From the human T2T-CHM13v2.0 reference genome, Homo sapiens, in NCBI RefSeq assembly GCF_009914755.1, contig NC_060926.1: a stretch of 64,000 nucleotides of DNA. The stretch is one strand, 5' to 3'. Shown here piece by piece: positions 56,001 through 64,000 of this stretch. The translations under genes and the position numbers were made by a program. The notes under the pieces are model-generated. The model was not told the origin of the DNA, searched no databases, and saw only the letters and a list, made by a program, of their open reading frames with translations. The stretch's first letter is position 1. Each line of letters opens with the position of its first letter.

Positions 56001-58148
56001 AAATCTAGACAGAAGCATTCTCAGAAGCTTCATTGGGATGTTTCAATTGAAGTCACAGTGTTGAACAGTCCCTTTCATAGAGCATGTTTGAAACACTCTT
56101 TTTGTAGTATCTGGAAGTGGACATTGAGAGCGTTCTCAGGACTACGGTGAAAAAGGAAATATCTTCCAATAAAAGCTAGATAGAAGCAATGTCAGAAACT
56201 TTTTCATGATATATCTACTCAGCTAACAGAGTTCAACCTTTCTTTTGAGAGAGCAGTTTTAAAACAGTCTTTTTGTGGAATATGCAAGTGGATATTAAGC
56301 CAGCTTGGAGGATTTCGTTGGAAACGGGAATCCATATAAAATGCAGACAGCAGCATTCTCAGAAACTTCTTTGTGATGTTTGCATTCAAGTCACAGAGTT
56401 GAACATTCCCTTTCATAGAGCAGGTTTGAAACACTGTTTTTGTAGTATCTGGAAGTGGACATTTAGAGCGTTCTCAGGACTACGGTGAAAAAGGAAATAT
56501 CTTCCAATAAAAGCTAGATAGAAGCAATGTCAGAAACTTTTTCATGATATATCTACTCAGCTAACAGAGTTCAACCTTTCTTTTGAGAGAGCAGTTTTAA
56601 AACAGTCTTTTTGTGGAATATGCAAGTGGATATTAAGCCAGCTTGGAGGATTTCGTTGGAAACGGGAATCCATATAAAATGCAGACAGCAGCATTCTCAG
56701 AAACTTCTTTGTGATGTTTGCATTGAAGTCCCAGATTTGAACATTCCCTTTCATAGAGCAGGTTTGAAACACGCCTTTTGTCATATCTGCAAGTTGTCCA
56801 TTTAGAGCGCATTCCGGCTTGTGTTGAAAAAGGAAATATCCTCCCATAAAAACTAGATAGAAGCATTCTCAGAAACTTATTTGTGATGTGTGTACTCAAC
56901 TAACAGAATTGAACCATCGTTTTGAAAGAGCAGTTTTGAAACACTCCTTTTGTGGAATCTGCAAGTGGATATTTGTCTAGCTTTGAGGATTTCGTTGGAA
57001 ACGGGATTACATATAAAAAGCAGACAGCAGCATTCCCAGAATCTTCTTTGTGATGTTTGCATTCAAGTCACAGAGTTGAACATTCCCTTTCATAGAGCAG
57101 GTTTGAAACACTCTTTTTGTAGTATCTGGATGTGGACATTTGGAGCGCTTTCAGGCCTATGGTGAAAAAGGAAATATCTTCCCCTGAAAACTAGACAGAA
57201 GCATTCTCAGAAACTTATTTGTGATGTGCGCCCTCAACTAACAGTGTTGAACCTTTCTTTTGATAGGGCAGTTTTGAAACACTCTTTTTGTAAAATCTGC
57301 AAGAGGATATTTGGATAGCTTTGAGGATTTCGTTGGAAACGGGATTGTCTTCATATAAACTCTAGACAGAAGCATTCTCAGAAAATTCATTGGGATGTTT
57401 CAATTGAAGTCACAGTGTTGAACAGTCCCTTTCATAGAGCAGGTTTGAAACACTCTTTTTGTAGTATCTGGAAGTGGACATTTGGAGCGCTCTCAGGACT
57501 ACGGTGAAAAAGGAAATATCTTCCAATAAAAGCTAGATAGAAGCAATGTCAGAAAATTTTTCATGATGTATCTACTCAGCTAACAGAGTTGAAACTTTCT
57601 TTTCAGAGAGCAGTTTTGAAACACTCTTTTTGTGGAATCTGCAAGTGGATATTTGTCTAGCTTTGAGGATTTCGTTGGAAACGGGATTACATATAAAAAG
57701 CAGACAGCAGCATTCTCAGAAACTTCTTTGTGATGTTTGCATTCAAGTCACAGAGTTGAACATTCCCTTTCATAGAGCAGGTTTGAAACCCTCTTTTTGT
57801 AGTATCTGGAAGTGGACATTGAGAGCGCTCTCAGGACTACAGTGAAAAAGGAAATATCTTCCAATAAAAGCTAGATAGAAGCAATGTCAGAAAATTTTTC
57901 ATGATGTACCTACTCAGCTAACAGAGTTGAACCTTTCTTTTGAGAGAGCAGTTTTGAAACACTCTTTTTGTGGAATCTGCAAGTGGATATTTGTCTAGCT
58001 TTGAGGATTTCGTTGGAAACGGGATTACATATAAAAAGCAGACAGCAGCATTCTCAGAAACTTCTTTGTGATGTTTGCATTCAAGTCACAGAGTTGAACA
58101 TTCCCTTTCATAGAGCAGGTTTGAAACACTCTTTTTGTAGTATCTGGA
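47073..58148 (+). repeat. Tandem super-duplication, copies of 5095 and 5775 bp differing by one 680-bp unit
   Basis: Offsets are +5095 (47098/52193, 48458/53553, 49138/54233, 49818/54913) and then +5775 (50498/56273, 50836/56611, 51175/56950). Confidence 0.92.
50579..51935 (+). repeat. Embedded 8-mer unit (1357 bp; M5 M6 M7 M8 M1 M2 M3 M4); second copy at 56354-57710
   Basis: Contains monomers absent from the 4-mer: M6 (TATTAAGCCAGCTTGGAGG), M7 (172 bp, GCGCATTCCGGCTTGTGTTG) and M8 (GAATTGAACCATCGTTTTGAAAG). Confidence 0.9.
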
Positions 58149-58386
58149 CGTGGACATTTGGAGAGCTTTCAGGCCTATGGTGAAAAAGGAAATATCTTCC
58201 CCTGAAAACTAGACAGAAGCATTCTCAGAAACTTATTTGTGATGTGCGCCCTCAACTAACAGAATTGAATCATCGTTTTGAAAGAGCAGTTTTGAAACAC
58301 TCCGTTTGTGGAATCTGCAAGTGGATATTTGTCTAGCTTTGAGGATTTCGTTGGAAACGGGATTACATATAAAAAGCAGACAGCAG

Positions 58387-60992
58387 CATTCCCAGAAACT
58401 TCTTTGTGATGTTTGCATTCAAGTCACAGAGTTGAACATTCCCTTTCATAGAGCAGGTTTGAAACACTCTTTTTGTAGTATCTGGATGTGGACATTTGGA
58501 GCGCTTTCAGGCCTATGGTGAAAAAGGAAATATCTTCCCCTGAAAACTAGACAGAAGCATTCTCAGAAACTTATTTGTGATGTGCGCCCTCAACTAACAG
58601 TGTTGAACCTTTCTTTTGATAGGGCAGTTTTGAAACACTCTTTTTGTAAAATCTGCAAGAGGATATTTGGATAGCTTTGAGGATTTCGTTGGAAACGGGA
58701 TTGTCTTCATATAAACTCTAGACAGAAGCATTCTCAGAAACTTCATTGGGATGTTTCAATTGAAGTCACAGTGTTGAACAGTCCCTTTCGTAGAGCAGGT
58801 TTGAAACACTCTTTTTGTAGTATCTGGAAGTGGACATTTGGAGCGCTCTCAGGACTACGGTGAAAAAGGAAATATCTTCCAATAAAAGCTAGATAGAAGC
58901 AATGTCAGAAAATTTTTTTGATGTATCTACTCAGCTAACAGAGTTGAACCTTTCTTTTGAGAGAGCAGTTTTGAAACACTCTTTTTGTGGAATCTGCAAG
59001 TGGATATTTGTCTAGCTTTGAGGATTTCGTTGGAAACGGGATTACATATAAAAAGCAGAGAGCAGCATTCTCAGAAACTTCCTTGTGATGCTTGCATTCA
59101 AGTCACAGAGTTGAACATTCCCTTTCATAGAGCAGGTTTGAAACACTCTTTTTGTAGTATCTGGAAGTGGACATTGAGAGCGCTCTCAGGACTACGGTGA
59201 AAAAGGAAATATCTTCCAATAAAAGCTAGATAGAAGGAATGTCAGAAACTTTTTCATGATATATCTACTCAGCTAACAGAGTTCAACCTTTCTTTTGAGA
59301 GAGAAGTTTTAAAACAGTCTTTTTGTGGAATATGCAAGTGGATATTAAGCCAGCTTGGAGGATTTCGTTGGAAACGGGAATGCATATAAAAAGCAGACAG
59401 CAGCATTCTCAGAAACTTCTTTGTGATGTTTGCATTGAAGTCCCAGATTTGAACATTCCCTTTCTTAGAGCAGGTTTGAAAGACGCCATTTGTCATATCT
59501 GGAGGTTGTCCATTTGGATCGCATTCCGGCTTGTGTTGAAAAAGGAAATATCCTCCCATAAAAACTAGATAGAAGCATTCTGAGAAACTTATTTGTGATG
59601 TGTGTACTCAACTAACAGAATTGAATCATCGTTTTGAAAGAGCAGTTTTGAAACACTCCTTTTGTGGAATCTGCAAGTGGATATTTGTCTAGCTTTGAGG
59701 ATTTCGTTGGAAACGGGATTACATATAAAAAGCAGACAGCAGCATTCCCAGAAACTTCTTTGTGATGTTTGCATTCAAGTCACAGAGTTGAACATTCCCT
59801 TTCATAGAGCAGGTTTGAAACACTCTTTTTGTAGTATCTGGATGTGGACATTTGGAGCGCTTCCAGGCCTATGGTGAAAAAGGAAATATCTTCCCCTGAA
59901 AACTAGACAGAAGCATTCTCAGAAACTTATTTGTGATGTGCGCCCTCAACTAACAGTGTTGAACCTTTCTTTTGATAGGGCAGTTTTGAAACACTCTTTT
60001 TGTAAAATCTGCAAGAGGATATTTGGATAGCTTTGAGGATTTCGTTGGAAACGGGATTGTCTTCATATAAACTCTAGACAGAAGCATTCTCAGAAACTTC
60101 ATTGGGATGTTTCAATTGAAGTCACAGTGTTGAACAGTCCCTTTCGTAGAGCAGGTTTGAAACACTCTTTTTGTAGTATCTGGAAGTGGACATTTGGAGC
60201 GCTCTCAGGACTACGGTGAAAAAGGAAATATCTTCCAATAAAAGCTAGATAGAAGCAATGTCAGAAAATTTTTCATGATGTATCTACTCAGCTAACAGAG
60301 TTGAACCTTTCTTTTGAGAGAGCAGTTTTGAAACACTCTTTTTGTGGAATCTGCAAGTGGATATTTGTCTAGCTTTGAGGATTTCGTTGGAAACGGGATT
60401 ACATATAAAAAGCAGAGAACAGCATTCTCAGAAACTTCTTTGTGATGTTTGCATTCAAGTCACAGAGTTGAACATTCCCTTTCATAGAGCAGGTTTGAAA
60501 CACTCTTTTTGTAGTATCTGGAAGTGGACATTGAGAGCGCTCTCAGGACTACGGTGAAAAAGGAAATATCTTCCAATAGAAGCTAGATAGAAGGAATGTC
60601 AGAAACTTTTTCATGATATATCTACTCAGCTAACAGAATTCAACCTTTCTTTTGAGAGAGCAGTTTTAAAACAGACTTTTTGTGGAATATGCAAGTGGAT
60701 ATTAAGCCAGCTTGGAGGATTTCGTTGGAAACGGGAATCCATATAAAAACAGACAGCAGCATTCTCAGAAACTTCTTTGTGATGTTTGCATTGAAGTCCC
60801 AGATTTGAACATTACCTTTCATAGAGCAGGTGTGAAACACGCCTTTTGTCATATCTGGAAGTTGTCCATTTGGAGCGCATTCCGGCTTGTGTTGAAAAAG
60901 GAAATATCCTCCCATAAAAACTAGATAGAAGCATTCTGAGAAACTTATTTGTGATGTGTGTACTCAACTAACAGTGTTGAACCTTTCTGTTG
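58387..60992 (+). repeat. Terminal 8-mer HOR, about 1.9 tandem copies (1356-1357-bp period)
   Basis: Offsets are 58306 to 59662 and 58985 to 60342. M7 lies at 59404 and 60760. Confidence 0.92.
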
Positions 60993-63900
60993 ATAGAGCA
61001 GCTTTGATACACTCTTTTTGTCGTATCTGGAAATGGACATTTAGATCTCTTTGAGGTCTATGGTGAAAAAGGAAATATCTTCGCATAAAAACTAGACGGA
61101 AGCAGTCTCCACAACTTGTTTGGAATGTGTGTACTCAACTAACAGAGTTGAATCATTCTTTTGATAGAGCAGTTTTGAAGCACTCTTTTTGTAGAATCTG
61201 CAAGTGGATATTTGGATAGCTTAGAGGACTTCGTTGGAAACCGGAATATGTCCATATAAAACCTAGACAGAATCATTCTCAGAAAAAACTCTGTGAGGAT
61301 TGCATTCAAGTCCCAGAGTTGATAATTCCCTTTCATAGAGCTGGTGTGAACACAAGATTTTGTAGTATATTGAACTGGACATTTGGAGTGCTTTGTGACG
61401 TATTGTGGAAAAGGAAATAGATTCCCATATAAACTAGGCAGAATCATTCTCAGAAACCAGTTTGTGATGTGTGTACTCAACTAACAGGGTTGAACCTTTC
61501 TTTTGAGAGAGCACTCTTGAAACACTCTTTTTGTAGACTCTGCAAGGACATATTTGGATAGCTTTGAGGACTTCGTTGGAAACGGGTATATCTTCATATA
61601 AAATCTAGACAGAAGCATTCTCAGAAACATCTTTGGGATGTTTGCATTCAAGTCACAGAGTTGAACATTCCGTTTCATGGAGAAGGTTTGAGACACTCTT
61701 TTTGTGGAATCTGCAAGTGGACATTTGGATCGCATTCAGGCCAATGGTGAGAAAGGGAATATCCTCAAATAAAAACTTGACAGAAGCATTCTCATAAACT
61801 AGTTTGTGATGTGTGTGCTCAGCTAACAGAGCTGAACCTTTCTTTTCATAGAGCAGTTTTGAAACACTCTTTTTGTAGAATCTGCAGGTGGATATTTCGA
61901 AATCTTTGAGGATTTCCTTGGAAACGGGAATATCTTCAAATAAAACCTAGACAGAAGCATTCTCAGAAACATCTTAGGGGTGTTAGCATTCAAGTCACAG
62001 AGTTGAACCTTCCTTTTCATAGAGCAGGTTTGAAACACTCATTTTTTGGAATCTGGAGGTGGACTTTTGGATCGCTTTGTGGCCTGTGGTGAAAAAGGGT
62101 ATATCTTCGCATAAAAACTAGACAGAAGTATTCTCATAAACTAGTTTGTGATGTGTTTGCTCAACTAACAGAGTTAAACCTTTCTTTTGATAGCAGCTTT
62201 GAAACACTCTTTTTGTAGAATTTGCATGTGGATATTTGTACAGCTTTGAGGATTTCGTTGGAAACGGGAAAATCTTCCTATGGAATAGAGACACAGGCAT
62301 TCTCAGAGACATCTTTGGGATGTTAGCATTCGAGTCACAGAGTTGAACATTCCCTATCATAGAGCAGGTTTGTAGCACTCTTTTTGTAGTATCTGGAAGT
62401 GGACATTTTGATCGCTTTGGGGCCTAAGGTGAAAAAGGAAATATCTTGCCACAAAAACTACACAGAAGCATTCTCAGAAACTACGTTGTGATGTGTTTAC
62501 TCAACTAACAGAGTTGAACCTTTCTTTTGATAGAGCAGTTTTGAAACACTCTTTTTGTAGAATCTGCAGGTGGATATTTGGATAGCTTTGAGGATTTCCT
62601 TGGAAAACGGAATATCTTCATAGAAAATCTAGACAGAAGCATTCGCAGAATCACCTTTGTGATGTCTGCATTGAAGTCAGAGAGTTGAACATTCCCTTTC
62701 ATAGAGCAGCTTTGAAACATTCTTTTTGTAGTATGTGGAAATGGACATTTAGATCTCTTTGAGGTCTATGGTGAAAAAGGAAATATCTTCGCATAAAAAC
62801 TAGACGGAAGCAGTCTCCAAAACTTGTTTGGAATGTGTGTACTCAACTAACAGAGTTGAATCTTTCTTTTGATAGAGCAGTTTTGAAACACTCTTTTTGT
62901 AGTATCTGCAAGTGGATATTTGGATACCTTAGAGGATTTCGTTGGAAACGGGAATATGTCCATATAAAACCTAGACAGAAGCATTCTCAGAAAAATCTCT
63001 GTGAGGATTGCATTCAAGTCCCAGAGTTGAACATTCCCTTTCATAGAGCAGGTGTGAACACAAGATTTTGTAGTATATGGAACTGGACATGTGGAGTGCT
63101 TTGTGACGTATTGTGAAAAAGGAAATAGATTCCCATATAAACTAGGCAGAAGCATTCTCAGAAACCAGTTTGTGATGTGTGTACTCAACTAACAGGGTTG
63201 AACCTTTCTTTTGAGAGAGCACTCTTGAAACACTCTTTTTGTAGACTCTGCAAGGGGGTATTTGGATAGCTTTGAGGACTCCGTTGGAAACGGGTATATC
63301 TTCATATAAAATCTAGACAGAAGCATTCTCAGAAACCTCCTTGGGATGTTTGCATTCAAGTCACAGAGTTCAACATTCCCTTTCATGGAGCAGGTTTGAA
63401 ACACTCTTTTTGTGGAATCTGGAAGTGGATATTTGGATCGCATTGAGGCCTAAGGTGAAAAAGGGAATATCTTCTAATGAAAACTCGACAGAAGCGTTCT
63501 CATAAACTAGTTTGTGATGTGTGTGCCTAACTAACAGAGCTGAACCTTTCTTTTCATAGAGCTGTTTTGAAACACTCTTTTTGTAGAATCTGCATGTGGA
63601 TATTTGGAAAGCTTTGAGGATTTTGTTGGAAACGGGAATATCTTCATATAAAATCTAGGCAGAAGCATTCTCAGAAACATCTTTGGCGTGTTAGCATTCA
63701 AGTCACAGAGTTGAACATTCCGTTTCATGGAGCAGGTTTGAAACACTCATTTTGTGGAATCTGGAAGTGGACTTTTGGATCACTTTGAGGCCTGTGGTGA
63801 AAAAGGTATATCTTCGCATAAAAACTAGACAGAAGTATTCTCATAAAGTACTTTGTGATGTGTTTGCTCAACTAACGGAGCTAAACCTTTCTTTTGATAG

Positions 63901-64000
63901 AGCAGTTTTGAAACACTCTTTTTGTAGAATTTGCATGTGGATATTTGGACAGTTTTGAGGATTTCGTTGGAAACGGGAAAATCTTCATACGAAATCGAGA
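60993..64000 (+). repeat. Distinct, more diverged SF2 alpha-satellite 10-mer HOR (~1708-1710 bp), about 1.75 copies in window; probably an inactive flanking array
   Basis: Related pseudo-ORFs recur at +1708 (61139/62847, 61481/63189, 61823/63531). I counted about 8 mismatches per 171 bp in each of two monomers compared by eye. A and B boxes alternate. The size resembles the 1.7-kb D18Z2-type 10-mer family (recall, unverified). Confidence 0.88.

Larger units (their letters stand above)
1..58386 (+). repeat. D2Z1: Alpha-satellite 680-bp 4-mer HOR array (SF2, D2Z1-like, human chr2 centromere), with structural variants and, from ~50.3 kb, interspersed 8-mer segments
   Basis: The same pseudo-ORF recurs every 680 bp (26, 706, ... 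2746, 3427 ...). Monomers start at 107, 278, 449, 620 and 787 (171/171/171/167 bp). A and B boxes alternate, and XbaI TCTAGA occurs typically once per unit (437-442). A 680-bp XbaI tetramer is the established D2Z1 unit. The chromosome assignment is from recall, not alignment. Confidence 0.9.

Noticed and set aside
26-60557. About 85 copies of a 71-aa ORF (MWNLQVDICLALRISLETGL...)
   Set aside because: This is a chance stop-free frame of the satellite unit. It starts at TTG or GTG rather than ATG, is freely broken by stops and frameshifts (e.g. units at 1386, 5467, 17533, 22968, 34862) and has no gene context. I used it only as a ruler.
61139-63958. Longer ORFs up to 113 aa, mostly on the minus strand
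   Set aside because: These are standard translations of alpha satellite (KYPLADSTKRVFQNCS-like), bounded by monomer periodicity. They are not genes.
1-64000. CRISPR-like regular recurrence of short motifs
   Set aside because: The intervening sequence is itself repeated, with no unique spacers and no cas genes.
1-64000. L1/Alu insertions or inversions, which are common at array edges
   Set aside because: None seen. Every spacing change is explained by monomer multiples or indels of 1-6 bp, and all boxes are on the + strand.

Overview
The whole window is primate, almost certainly human, centromeric alpha-satellite DNA. It consists of ~171-bp monomers in one orientation, alternating pJalpha-box (A-type) and CENP-B-box (B-type) as in suprachromosomal family 2. 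I saw no genes, transposons or inversions. Positions 1 to ~58.4 kb are mainly a 680-bp 4-monomer higher-order repeat (HOR; 171+171+171+167 bp, typically one XbaI site per unit), which matches the known chromosome 2 D2Z1 array. The window appears to run from younger array towards the array edge. It shows a homogeneous layer (1-14 kb), a more diverged mosaic (14-30 kb), two recent multi-kb super-duplications (5098 bp x ~2.8; 5095/5775 bp x 2) and, from 50.4 kb, copies of a 1357-bp 8-mer that contains the 4-mer plus four extra monomers. At ~60,995 an out-of-phase junction leads into a different, more diverged ~1.71-kb 10-mer HOR. The strongest leads are the edge 8-mer as the likely ancestor of the 4-mer (via collapse of an internal ~180-bp repeat) and a strongly asymmetric decay of the two CENP-B boxes in the HOR. 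All ORFs are repeat artefacts. I found no evidence of a new gene-based system. Counts and identities are by eye.
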